From NCBI RefSeq assembly GCF_002571385.2, contig NW_019217852.1, positions 340,134 to 404,133 on the forward strand: 64,000 nucleotides of DNA, given 5' to 3'. The notes under the pieces were generated by a model. It made no database searches. It saw only the letters and a program-made list of their open reading frames with translations, and was not told the origin of the DNA. The stretch comes from Stylophora pistillata (Eukaryota). The position numbers and the translations under genes were made by a program. Of the stretch, positions 36,801 through 49,828 are shown piece by piece; position 1 is the first letter of the stretch, and every line of letters starts with the position of its first letter.

Positions 36801-39800
36801 TCTGAACTGGTAGCCAGACCTGTGTATAAATACTGCAAAAATGTTTAACCAGCAGGGCTCGACACTAACAGTAGCCCACTAGCAACAGACTAGTTTTGGC
36901 TAGTGGTTTTTCAATTTTCACTGGCCAGTTTGGCTAGTAAACAAACTGAAATTGTCATAACATCTAAGATGTCACTAGGCACTTGGCCAGTACTGGTAGG
37001 TTGAACAGTTAATGTCAAGCCCTAAACCAGAGCTGCAGTCAATAAGAAAAAATAACACTTGATCTGTAAAAAAATTACACATTCTCATAGCAAGGCCAAA
37101 ATGGCTAACTGTTGTCCATACAATTATGACATCCATCACTAACAAAACAAGTCTATAATGGAGCTGACTCTGCTTGGGAGAAAATAAATTACTAACTCTT
37201 TTTACAAACCTTTTACTATATCAGCCCACTATTAATAACATTTCCATCAGAAAGAATTAATGATCTTATTAACTGCTTTCCAGTATTTTGATTGCCTTAA
37301 TTTTCCATGGAATGACATGAAACACTATGAATTTAACACTGATGAGTTTATACCCTTGTTCAAACATTTGTGCATCAACTTCATCCTGCCAGCCAACTGG
37401 TGGTTCCTCAAACCATGAGTTGTAATATCGTACTATGCCAGGATGTTCAAGTTTTGCCAAGGCTTTCACTTCCCGCATGACTTTTTCCATGGCCTCATTA
37501 CTTTAGAAAGAGAATAAATTAATAGTTAAAGCCTCTTTAAAGAGAAGTATTGAATTAAATTAATAAATTAAAGTAATTTATGTGTTCTAATAAGCCTCTA
37601 AGTGCTCATTACCAGAAACTATAAAACCAAAAACAAACAGGAAAATAAATTTAACACTCACTCACTGATTAATTTTACATTATTGCAATATTGAAGTATT
37701 TTTAATACCTGTTCTGGGTAACAGTTTTAATTATTGAAACTAAATCTAATTTCTATTAAAATCAAAGCATATGTAATATCACAATGAGAAAACCACTCAA
37801 TAGTATTCTTAAGTATTAATGTTTGTTAGTTAAAATTTCACCCAATTACCAGTTTGGCAAACTTATCCTCTTGACAGCGTATCTACAGTCATCCACTTTC
37901 TTCCTCGCTTGAAACACAAGGCCAAAGCCACCCTTGCCAAGGCACAGTTCATGATCGAAATCATATAAATATCTATAAATGTGGAATAAATTAAAGAAGT
38001 AACCATTTACTGGTGAAAATAAATAAAATTCTTAATCTAAAAACCAGGCATGTTTGAAACATAATATGATCATCCTCAGTTGTAAGTAATGTTGAAGCAT
38101 TGAAAAGGTGGGGGGAGGGGAGACTGGCAAAAAGAAAACAGTGCGGAACAGAGTGTAAAGAATGGGTAAAGAGGATCAAACAACTTGTAAACACACAGGT
38201 GACGCAAAATCTTCTCTTTCCCCTTTCACCAATAAAACTCAGTCAAGCACAACAATTCTTGGGTTTTGTTCATCACTTTCCAAAAGTAATTAATAAGTAA
38301 CTAAGATTACAAGCTTGGTGACTCACCTTGAGACAAAAGAGTTGGACTGTGACAGACAATCTGATGAGGATGGAGTTAATGGTTCCTATGAGTGAGAAAA
38401 AGAATATAATTGTATGAGACACTACAAGTCATGCAAAAACAACTTATTAGTGTATTAAAACTGTTTGCAGGATGAGACTGTCATCTCAAGAGAGAAGCCT
38501 TTCTTGGGAAGTTGCTTACTAATAGAACATTTTTTCAGTGAGTGTTTAAATTAGTCAGGAACAACTAGCATTACAAGAACCTGGTCAGAAATCATTGTTA
38601 TGTGAAAAGTTTCTTAGGCCAATGTTATCAGTCTGGTTTGTGGAAACTGACTGGTCTGTTTTTCTGTGAAGTCATGGGCTGTAAAGCTTGAAAAGCAATT
38701 CTGTAAATTTAAATCAATTAAAATTTTCCTTGGAGGCAGTTGTAACAGTATAAGTTCAGCATGGTTTTGCAACCATCTTTTGCCCTCTACACCTGTTGAA
38801 TGACATAGGTAAGCTACCTTCCATCATACATGTACAGGGCTTGACACTAACTTTTCAACTTACTAGCCAAGTGGCTAGTGACAACTTCCATATTACGACA
38901 ACTTCAGTTTGTTTACAAGCTTAATCGGGCCAATAGAAATAAAAAACCACCAACCAAAACTGAATAATTATTTCTACTAGTCTGTAGCTAGTTGGCTACC
39001 ATTAGAGTCCAGCCCTGATGTAACAGCACAAGAAACTGAACACATTAAGATAATTTTCTATATACCTTGATAGTCTCCAATGATGCAGTAGATGTATGTG
39101 TGGATGATGGTAACGAAGCAGAAGACAACCTCTGGTATTTTGTTACTGCTTCACACTAAAATAAAAAGAGAGATTCATATCAATCAATTAACTATTCAGT
39201 AAGGAATCTTACATTCCTGACACTGTTGTTTTCCTTCAAAACCAAATTCTGGGGAAGCTAGATAAAAAAAAAAAAACAGCCAGAAGGGAGAAGGTAAAAA
39301 TGAAGATGTTCAGGTCAAAAGGTTTAAAATACTCACATTTCTCTTACTGGATTCACGGAAGAAACGCAGAACAAACTGAGCCATGACAGCAAAAGTAACT
39401 GTTACAAACACAGCACCATGCCTTACAAGGAAAAAAATTCATGATTATAATTCCATCAATATACTGTAGGTGTATTAAGTAGATAACCACTGTTATTGAA
39501 ACAATACCAGCAAGAATTAGCCTTGCTCCTAATATTCCATCCTATGTTCACCCCTAAAAGTACTTTTTTAAAAACACAGAATAATTTTTTAAGAAAGGAA
39601 AGTTACCTTCTGTCAGTGCCCAAAGAAAGTGCCATAATTTGGAATAATTAATAATTATAGTGATATATTTCTAAGTTACAAAAATTTTAATACAAACTCT
39701 AGTTCTTAAATGTAGTTTTGTGCCCCTGTTGTGAATCCAGTTCTTAAACAATAACAACAGTTTTGAAGTTGATTAAAATGTTTACCAGTCTTGTCTGTGC

Positions 39801-42800
39801 TGTTGTAGTATTGTATGGCAGTATTGTTAGCATAGATTTTACATTAAGTTCATGAGTGAAGTTTTATACTTTTATTTTTAAGATTGATTTGCAGACACCA
39901 TAGACTACCCTTACCACCATCCTGAAATATCATTACGATTCAAAGCTGTTTCAGCAGAGCTCTTGTTATTTCTGGCAAAAACATCATCAGAATCCGCTGG
40001 AGGAAGCTGTTTGGCCTTGGCATGTGGGGGAACCACTGGCATCACTTCACCATAAAAGTAATAGCCATTATCTATAAATTAATAGGATACCAAAATTAAG
40101 AGAGGTTCATTGTGTTCATAACCTTCAAACCACATCTCATCCAGGTAGAGTTAAATCTGCACCAGTTGCTTCAACATGGTCATCACAAACATCAGTCTTA
40201 AAAGTTCCCTGTGAGTTTTTCATGACTTGCCCTTCTCAAAATAGAGTTTCCCTGCCTAATTATATGCAAATTGTAACAAATAGCAGTTATATATAGCCTC
40301 CCCATGTGAGCTTTCTTTCCAAACATTCATACATTTTCCACAATGATGATCAACAAATGTAAATTATTATTTTCTGTTAATTGAAAGATTATGTTTTCAT
40401 TGAATAACACAAAAAAATTTCAATTTACCAAATGGATATTCTAAAGGATTCCACACAGCTAACTCCTTTGAGACCACAGTTGGTGTGCGTGATGGTGAAC
40501 TTGTCAAATAAGGCCTCCATGTCACCTGCCTGTGTCTTTGTGCCACAGTTTTACCACTTACATCTGCATCAAGTCTAGATGCTATGTTTTCCTGAGCTGG
40601 GTTAAATGGCTCTGATGTCTGAATGTAAACTTGACCATCATATTTGCCTGGATAAGAGGGAAACAAACTCAATTTCTCACCAAAAGCAATTGAGCCAGCC
40701 ACATGAAAAATTGTGGCAGATAAAATCTAAAGCCTCTGCTGTTGCTTTAGAGAAATTTGGCCTTTGGTGGTCAAAATGTCAAGTTTTACAATGTGGTTGT
40801 TTTTTTAGTTTTATTCCTTTGAACTTTCAATAAGTGCATCTGTATATCAAATTTCACTACAGTTATTAATAAATTATAATAATTACAAATGTTAATTGTG
40901 TCCAGCTTGGAGCAAGAGAGACATTGCTATGTATCCGAAGGTAGCATCAAGAGTGTCAATCCAATATCCAGTAATTCTAATGCAAAGACACAGAGTTATT
41001 GCTACATTACATGTACCATTCTAACGTGTCTTATTTCTCAATTTGTGACCACAGTAAAGCCTTAATTGTGGGAGGTAACGAACAAAAACCAAAAGATTCA
41101 AAACTACAGTGTATGTACAGGTGAAGAAATGGGGAGTGAGGTTACATTTGCCCATGTGAGGCAGTTGTTTGCTGTGTAAAAAAATCTTTATGAGAACATT
41201 TAATATGTAACTGTATTTTGTGAATTGCATTTGGCATAAGACACATTGTGAACAAAGAATTTACGAAACAGAGAAATATTAGAAGTTAGCACCAACAGAT
41301 GTTTTGCGTGCTAAAATAAACCAGGGACAAATAATATGTGAATAGCAAAATTCTCTTAGCTGTGCCAATCTACAGCAGACAATTACAAATTCTACATCAA
41401 ACACTGTTCTTATAGCATCAGAGGTTCAGAAAAAAAAAACACCCAGGATAGCATGGAATGCATGTATATGTATTTTAATAATTACACAGTGATGTAAAAA
41501 GACCATATTGGAAAGACTTATTACAAACATTAACAAATCACTGACCCAAACCTTTAGCTGCCAAGATCTGATTACTAATTCTCCCCTCTAGCTGCTAGAT
41601 ATTTCCTTGTAAATTAGTTATGACAAGTTGGTGTTGGATCCAAATAACAACTTCTATCTGATGTGTTTGGGTATTCTCATCAATTGGTTGCTGGATAATT
41701 TAGATATTATTAGGAGAAGTTACATGTTCCTCACTCCTGCAGGTAGTTATAGGGTTATGTCTTACCCATATACATGACAGGTCCCGGCGGAAATGAAACT
41801 TTGTCAGATGAGGGAGCCAATTCTGGTGTAACTTCTTTTGTGAGTAATTTTACTGGTTGTACAAAACCCCCATTCAACCTCCACACTGCTGCTATGGGGG
41901 AATCAAACTGGTGGCTCCATAACACAACTTCAGTCTCTGTTGCATCAAGAGTGTTTACTGCTGCTACAAGCCCACTGGGAATGGACACACGCAGATTCCA
42001 TTCTGTAAACACTTCAGCGTCCTCAACAGAAGAGTGGGCATCATTGTCTTCATTGAAAATAGCTTCCAAGAAGCTAACATCATGTTGTCCAACAGAAAAA
42101 TTCCATCTTAAAATAACAGAAAACAGGCTTCAGTAATGACGGAGTGAAGCATAATTAATGGAATCAAAGCATATTGAGTCTTCATTAATTATTTTAATGT
42201 GTGAGCAGCACAACACAAAGTGTTAATGTCTGTGAAAGTTGGGAGAGGCACTTGTAAAACCTCTGGTTGCACAAATGTACATTTGTTCATTAATGAACAT
42301 GAAATCCTTCACCTAACAATCTAGAGTTAGGTTATTGATCAATTTTATTGACAACTGAATTTCAACTGCTACGCTGTTAATCTCATATCACTGGACTAGC
42401 AGTTAGATAGCAGTTAGGACCTTGCAATCAATAAAATAGGGAGCCTGACTCTACGTTGTTGAGACAAACTATCAAATGTTCATTTATCTTCAAAACAAGG
42501 ATGAATGACAACATTTTCTTTGAGGTACATTTACATTTTTTTAGTTGTGTTGCAAATTTCCCTCACCCCTGTTTACTTCAGTTCTCTTTTAAAACTACTT
42601 TGATTTTTATTTACCTCTTTATCAAACAATGACAAGGAATACTAAAGAGAAGGAATGCAAATCATTGTACTCTAAAAATTTGAACTGAGGGAAAATTGAA
42701 ACTCAGCATATGTAAACTACTGCATGACTGACAAGAACAAATTATGACAAGATAACAGAGCCACAAATTGCAGGTGAGTACCTTTCAATGCCACTTCTCT

Positions 42801-45800
42801 GATCAACAGCACGGATTGTCTGTTGTGTTCTTTTGAGTACAAGAACATCGCTGCCTTGGACATGCTGCTCATCGGAATCCTTTAACTGACAGCCATCCGC
42901 TGAACAGACATACTGTACCTATTATGACACAAAAATTGTTATCATAATCACATTGAACATTGAAGTGGAGGAATTATACCAAACACTGCTGACTAAAAAA
43001 CAATCTATCGAAGAAATTATTTTTTTGAAAAGTTACCTCAACCTTTTCACTTCTGATCTAAGATCAGATTAATTTCAGTCATTCTCCCCTCTCCTCTAGA
43101 TACTAAATTTCTTTAAAACCTGGGTTTAAAATTTGATGCTTAACAAATATTACCGTATTTACCCGTGTGTAAGTTGACCTTTCAAGACCTAAAAATCAGC
43201 CAAAAAATTTGCCCTCGACTTGTACATGGGTCAAAACTTGAGATCCAAGCGCCAGTCAAATAATTAGCATAATAATTGTCTTTCAATGTTAAAACAAACA
43301 TGTAACAAACAGCAGCACAGTTTACAGCATACATTCGCTTAACGATCTGTTTCACTATACGACTCACAGAAGAAGAGTGGCAAAACTTGTTTGGCACGAG
43401 TGATGACGAGGACGACTTCGATGGCTTTTAGCGAGCAGGGACTGTGCTTGCTTACAAAACAGCTCCTTTAGGAGCCACCAAATAAGGCAAAAGTCAATGA
43501 CCAACTGTAGAATTGTTTTTTTTTTTTTTTATTGTTTTCTTCTAACGTTCTGCATGCATGCAGTCAAATATGAAATTTACAAGAACTTTAGTTTTATTTC
43601 AGTTACCAATACTCAACTGATTCTGAGGCTTGGCTACCAAGTTCCCCAACACACGCTTTGCACTTTGTTTATTGAGTCATGTGGAAAGAGTCCTGCGCTT
43701 CTTTGGTATTTTGCCTGTCTTATAAAGCCACTTTTTACTTCTGCACACTTAAATGGTTCGTTTGAAATCATTATGTTTGATTTTGTGAGCATTTTTCACA
43801 AATTATCGTCAAAAAGCCCGCACATACATGTGTTGCTAAATTGGGTACTACGCTCGTGTACGTGCCATAATAAGCTGATTAAAACTTCACGTTGAAACTT
43901 GCTGTGATCTGTTCACATATCCATACAAGATAACTTTTCCAAGAAATTCTTACCTGGAAATTAAGAAAATCTAGTTTTTGACCTAAGAAATTGGGGCTCG
44001 ACTTATACATGGGTAAATACAGTACATACTCCAGCTGACAGGAAACTATCTCTAACATCTAACAATGAATTTCCCTGTTGTTAACAATCAGATCAGCTTA
44101 CCTGTTTCCATACATGAGAAAGAAAATAAAACCACCAAGGGTACCGGTTTATCGGTACATCAATTTACCGGTTTTGAGTACCGGTAAATTGAGACATTAC
44201 AGAACTGAAATAATATACACAATGTATATAATACTGGTAATAAACTCTAACAAAGACTGAAGTGAGCTGAAAGAAATAACTAATGTTATAATTCAAGGAC
44301 TCCCTAGAAAAACAAGCTAACCTTCCCAGAATAGGGATTAAGTCCACATGACGTGGCTTCCTTGCCACCAACTAAAATTGAACCATCAGGAAGCTTTAGG
44401 AAGGAACCAAGGAGTGTGTCTGCAGTGAAAGGAATGGGCTGTGGATAGAAAATTACAAACTGAAATCAGTAGTTGAAAAACTTAAAACATATCCATTAAA
44501 ACTAGGACTATTCTGACAATAAAAACAGTGCAGATAACTTTCCTACTTCATTTTTTTTTTTCATTTTCTTTCTCTTCTTTCTTTTCTTTCTTACTCATGG
44601 TAGCCCATGCACTTTTTCTGGCCATACAGGCACTATTTCATATGACTCTCATATAGGAATTTTTTAATAATGTTTTTTCCAAAAAGCACACTGGGCTAAA
44701 CAGGTCACATATAAAAAGTGGTAGTAAAATTTCAAGAGAATCATTCACAACTACTTCAGAAAAATTCTACAAATTATTGTACGGATTATATAGACTTAAA
44801 CAGATCATCACAATAAAAAAAGCATTATTACAGTCTACATTTGAAAAACATAAGCCCCAAAATGAAAATGAAGTTTGAAGACAAAAAAAAGAGTTAGCTT
44901 TTACAGTCTGATTCTATTTAACATATTAAAACAAATAACATACCAAGTAATTACATACAGTATCACTAATTACCAGCGCTCCCAGTTGCACTAATATTGA
45001 TCTCCATGGCAGGAAGAATTAAAGTGGGTAACTAAATAGGCCATTTCTGAGTTGCACTTGGCCTCTTTTTCAATATAAGGCCTATAGTGATCAACCATTC
45101 ATGTGAAAATAAGTTAGGATTTGCATGGGAACGAAAACCTGTTATCATATCAAAGGATGAGCCCCAGGACTCCCTTTGAAGAAGAGGCTGAAGGTAATTC
45201 AGAAATGGGCCATTATCAGTGAATATCATTACCTGGGCCAACTTTGTCTGCTAGTTATTACATGCTGTAACATTTTTTTAAACTTGTTTTTAGTTTGAAA
45301 GTACTTAAGCTGGGACCCTGCATTTGATTTAACTATAAATGCTTACCTCAACTTTGTCTCCATTGACTTGATACAATCCACCATCTAATGAGGGTATTAG
45401 ACGCACGTGTTTTGCCATCTGATAAAATATGATGACAAAGCACAACTTGAACAATTACCTGTCATACAGCAAAAATCACCGCCTAATTTACCCTTTGATT
45501 GAGGAAGAGTTGGGCACAATGATAGAGCCAGTATTCCAATAGACCTAGTTTGGTTCACACGGATGTTAGCATAAAGAAAATCAAAAGCAAATATTCAGGC
45601 TTTTCGCTCTGGGGATTCCCTCGCCTTTCGCTCAGATTTATTCCATTGATGATTCTTCCGTTTGTTGTAATTCACATCAGGAGCTAACAGTGTTACTTTT
45701 CACCACCCACAATGAAAGATCAAGAAAACCTACATTTCTAGAAAAAAAAAAAAACCTTTATTTGTGAAATACCTGAACCGAACTGAGGCTGGATGACAAC

Positions 45801-46105
45801 AGAGGTCCGTGGAAAGCTGGTAAACTCCACAGTAACTTGCCATTATCTCGTGTATCCAATGCGCTTAATTTCCCATCCAACGTACTCACTATTACAAGTG
45901 AACTAAAAACGCCAGCAGAATCAGTGATGACAAGGAAATTCAATAAGGCGTTCTAAAAATCGTTTTCTACTTACCAAGAGCTACTCCGAGCAGACAAACC
46001 ACTGGGTTTTTCATCGTTCAATTTCCCATTCCCTTCCATAGAAATTATCCCTGCCATTAAAGTGACAAATTGCAAAGCTACCGACGCTTTAAAAGGACTT
46101 CTCAT
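27878..46105 (-). CDS. EIF2AK3: PERK, eIF2-alpha kinase 3 (about 1005 aa, 23 exons)
   Basis: Exons 46105-45975, 45902-45773, 45418-45347, 44438-44322, 42918-42782, 42106-41766, 40647-40429, 40071-39915, 39421-39337, 39155-39066, 38385-38327, 37972-37850, 37500-37354, 36259-36168, 35619-35306, 34807-34684, 33713-33550, 33251-33195, 32850-32748, 32080-32013, 31595-31494, 29945-29883, 28000-27878 (3018 nt, phases consistent). Signal peptide; luminal [20 protein letters not shown]; [22 protein letters not shown]; kinase LGKGGFG, YAVKRI, long insert, [40 protein letters not shown]. Confidence 0.95.
28052..29685. mobile_element. Non-autonomous DNA transposon with a nested LINE fragment, in the last PERK intron
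   Basis: 25-bp terminal inverted repeats gtaaaggtaaagaatccgatcctac (28052-28076) and gtaggatcggattctttacctttac (29661-29685). The internal + strand LINE remnant spans about 28115-29030 ([23 protein letters not shown]...LQKKAVRII) and ends in AATAAA. Confidence 0.8.
30362..30499 (+). mobile_element. Short Penelope-type insertion with degenerate hammerhead motif and 14-bp target duplication
   Basis: TSD gcaatatcataaag at 30348-30361 and 30500-30513; inverted repeat gtgaaggtgtagtctgatcgtc / gacgatcagactacaccttcac; CTGATGA...AAAACGTC at 30392-30426. Confidence 0.7.
36349..37023. repeat. Three ~210-bp tandem units derived from a MITE end plus flank (PERK intron 13)
   Basis: Units start near 36349, 36558 and 36771 (agctgtt..actcagggtgtt..cctttggtctgagctggtagccagacctgtg); ends in gtcaagccct; related MITE ends at 38835-39017 and 53555-53696. 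Confidence 0.8.
43151..44024. mobile_element. Tc1/pogo-type MITE
   Basis: Termini taccgtatttacccgtgtgtaagttgac and ctcgacttatacatgggtaaatacagta are imperfect inverted repeats bounded by TA. Confidence 0.75.
45611..45620 (+). promoter_or_regulatory. kB-like site in PERK intron 2
   Basis: GGGGATTCCC, the same core as the three STING promoter sites, 485 bp downstream of the PERK ATG. Confidence 0.45.
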
Positions 46106-46221
46106 CTTTCTACTGAAACATCATTAGGCCTGCTCCAACGGAAAAGAGGAAATTCTCCTTCCCTCTCGGCAAACCTAAGCGAAATTGCCCTTTGCATTCC
46201 TGCATGCGCGTTTCCGCACAA

Positions 46222-46290
46222 CGGCCGCCATATTGTTGTCTTTTTTTCTAATCGCCTTTATGATTGGTTCAGGAATATGAATGACGTAAC
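46222..46290 (-). promoter_or_regulatory. Probable PERK core promoter elements
   Basis: YY1-like ATGGCGGCC (46231-46223 on -), CCAATCA (46267-46261 on -), ATF/CRE-like TGACGTAA 46282-46289. Confidence 0.5.
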
Positions 46291-46920
46291 TCTTTTCATG
46301 ATAAATGCAAACAAATACTTCTCTCGTGTCCACTGCGCATATACAAACAAACGTGGCGCTCTTGCACAGTACTCTCGCATATTATGCTGAGGTAGCACAA
46401 CTGATGTTCCGCTATCTGTACAAAAACTTTTCCAGAACTTTCTAGAAGGATCCTCTTAAAATTAGTTTCAGCTATGTTTTTTCAGTCCGCCAAGGCCGCT
46501 AGGAGAAGAAATAATTTTTGAATCTGGCGGATTAAAATCCCATACGCCGATGTAACGCGATAGAGGAAATGTCGCGAGGAGAAATTCATTTATTTTGATG
46601 AACCGTGCAGTTTTACTTTATTTTTAGTTCATTATGAAACCGGAAACAGAATATCAGATTCTGCTTTATCGGTTCCGCATGGGGAAGGTCTTACAAGATC
46701 AGTGACTACAGCTACAAGGAGTGAATGGGGTTAACAGACTTGCGACAAAGGGCGAAAAATACTACCGACTACCGACAAAACGAGAAAAAAATTACCGACT
46801 ACCGACAGAAAAAAAAAATTAACCTACTACCGACATGGGCAAACACTATCGATATTTGTTTCAGAAAGATGAGATCAGAAGAGCACATCGTATTTTTCTA
46901 GTTTACGAAGTAACCGCATA

Positions 46921-47232
46921 GGGCCTGAAAAAAATCCCGTACAGGCCTGAAAAAAATCAGGCCTGTACGGGATTCGAACCACTGACCCCTGCGATACTAG
47001 TGCAGCGCTCTACCAATTGAGCTAACAAGCCAACTGGGAGCAGGTTGTTAAGTTGATTCGTAATAAACCCGTGATGATAAATCAGATACAATGAATATAT
47101 GAAGTACATATATTTTGAACTGCGGTATTAAATATGTATGATGCACGATTCTTCGCAGTAGATAGCGCTATTTATGCAATAGCGAAAATCAGACCGGAAA
47201 AAAATCAGGCCTGTACGGGTTTATTACGAAAC
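46921..47232. mobile_element. tRNA-derived repeat element (same family as 62121-62503)
   Basis: ggcctgtacgggattcgaaccactgacccctgcgatactagtgcagcgctctaccaattgagctaacaagcc is a tRNA-like sequence on - (about 46960-47031) embedded in family flanks. Confidence 0.75.
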
Positions 47233-49828
47233 AGGAAATTCGATGTTACTCACACGAGTCCATCCCTTTAGAAATCAAAGTTTTTTCTATACCCTTGGTT
47301 TACCTTCGTTACTTGCGAAACTTCTATTATTTTTGCAGCTGTTTTGTTTAATTTTTTTTTAACTATTTTGTGTGTGTGTGTGTGTGTGATCCCTGTAACG
47401 CAATGAAGTAATGCTAGACAGAAAAAAAAAGGTTTTAAAAAATCTTTGTCATCACCGGAAGACGAAAAAAAATCTTTGTCAGTTCCCCATAAGGAATCAA
47501 AGTGGTTCTATGAATCCAGGGTTTCAAAGCGTTTTATTTTAATACTGATTCCCCAGATTGAAATCGAAAACACCAAGCACATTTATTTTGAACTTATCTA
47601 ATCCGAATAAGCGGACTATTCAGAGACGAAAACAAATTACTCCCAGAAGAGAAAGAAGAATTTGAGAGGCGAATTAAAACAGTCTGTGATATTTTTATTT
47701 ATCTTTTCCTTTTGAAAGAAAGATACGTTTAAATAAGAGAGTTGATATATTTATTTTTATCAAGAACATTATGTAAAGAAACGTTTAATTGGCTATATTT
47801 GCGTTGTTTATACCTATTAGGAACCAGGTTTCTCTTGCGAAAAGAAAGTCTGTTGATCTATTGACATAAACATAGACAGAGTACAAGCTTTGAATCAAGC
47901 TTATCGGTGGTCTTCGTTTACCGGTTGAAACATACAACCCGCGGAAAATTTTTGGGGATTCCATTTTTCTCCGATTCATTTTCATGGTAAAGTTTAGATT
48001 TAGATCATCACTATCAACGAAAATAGATACTGCTTTAACTATAGCAGTTAAACTATTTTGTTATTAATTCCTTTATCCGCAAGGTCGTACTTTGGGAAAG
48101 ATCCCTTCCATCTTTTTTATTCAAAGTCTTGTGATCAAGGTAAACCCCTTTACTTGAGAAGTGCTTGTACTCTCGTCTTTTGCTTGTGGAAAAATGTATC
48201 GATGCTTTGGGGAGAAGGTATTAGTTCATTGTTAATAATTTTCGCCATTGGAAGGAAGAAGTAGGAGAATCGAGGGGATTGTCGATGAGAAAAAAACAAT
48301 AAGACTTTTGATTTTTTTTTTCTTTTTTGAGGTACGGGAAAGTGACCATAACTGTTGTTGTGAGCAGGGGTGGTTTACACGGCTTGGCCGCACATAGGAC
48401 TGGAACAGCAGTAATAGTTATTTTTTGCGATTAATTTTTTTTTTTAGAGTAAATAGATTTGACTCTAATTTCGCTGAGATCTTTCAAAGTTCGCAGGTTT
48501 CACAAATTGGGTCTAAAGCTTTATTTTTCATCCAGTAGATAAAAGGAGCCTTAATCATTTTACAGTCAAGATTTCGTTCCAAGCCTTTTATTGTTTAGGT
48601 CAAACACTGTGTAGTTGAATTGAAAGTCGCGATGGACGTTACAGAGTATCCTTTACGTTAACTCTCTATTGACATATCTTTTTGGGGGATTATTGATTCT
48701 TTATAATCTTCGCTGACAAAAATTATTATTCTTTTAATGCTAGCTCAGCAATAAACGATTGTAAAATCTTCCTATTTAATTTTGATCATAGGACTGGACT
48801 TAGCTGCAAGTTAGCGAGTAAGATACTATACTAACGGATGGAGTTTCATTTAATGCAGACACGCTACATTAGCAGAATCGTAAACTAAAACAAAAATTAA
48901 TGTAGAAAGTGAGCGAGCCAAGGAATGACTAGATCCTCAAGTAAAATGTCTCTCTTCAAAACGTCGTCGTCGTGAAAACTTTATCTAAAGAAGGTAGAAA
49001 TACTTGCTAGAGAATTGTGTACCCTTGATCCTAGCAGGTGTGTATATTTATCAGTACAAAACAAAGAAACAGGATGTTTTGAGAATTAATAGCCCACCCT
49101 TGGTTTTGAGACAGGTGAGCACAATTAGTGGGAAGATTTTTTGCAATCGCTTATTCTTGAGCTCGGGGAAAATTAATGAAAAATTAAATCAATTTCGTTG
49201 TTATCTATCAGTTGTGTGGAAAATGTTTCAAAATGGAGGTCTCCTATTAAAGTTTCTTCAAAGGAAAAAAAAAGTTTTCAATTTGATGGTGAAAATTATC
49301 GAAAAGAAAATGTTGAAGAATTGTCACGAGCGTGAGAAGTAGAAAAAAAACTGAGATCTCTGTGAAGGTGAGGATCTCAGCCAGCTTTAAACTGAATCGA
49401 TGTTGGATACTTTGCCATCTTAGAACTTGTTTGTGAACAAGTTCATATATCGGCTGTAAATCTAAAAGTGATCACCAAAAAAGTGAATATGAAGTTCAGA
49501 ATAAATCTCCCGCACTAGCCATATGTATCAGTGAATGAACTGAGAACGAAGACGGCACGGTTCGCATACGAGGAAAAAGAAATACTTTATTTGACCTATA
49601 TGACCATTTATCAAGTCACATTATCTGGAAAAAAAAAATTCTCTTCTTTGCCTTTTCTTAAAAATTAAAGTAATAACTTGTTGCAAAGTTGCTAGACGGC
49701 GAGAAGGGTGGGGTATGGAAAGTGGGTGATTCAGTCCACTCCCCGCCCCCGCCCCCAAAAAAAGATTCTACTTCCTAGTAAAGCTAAAACTCACAATTCT
49801 CTAAATCTGATCATTCTTTCGATTGTAG

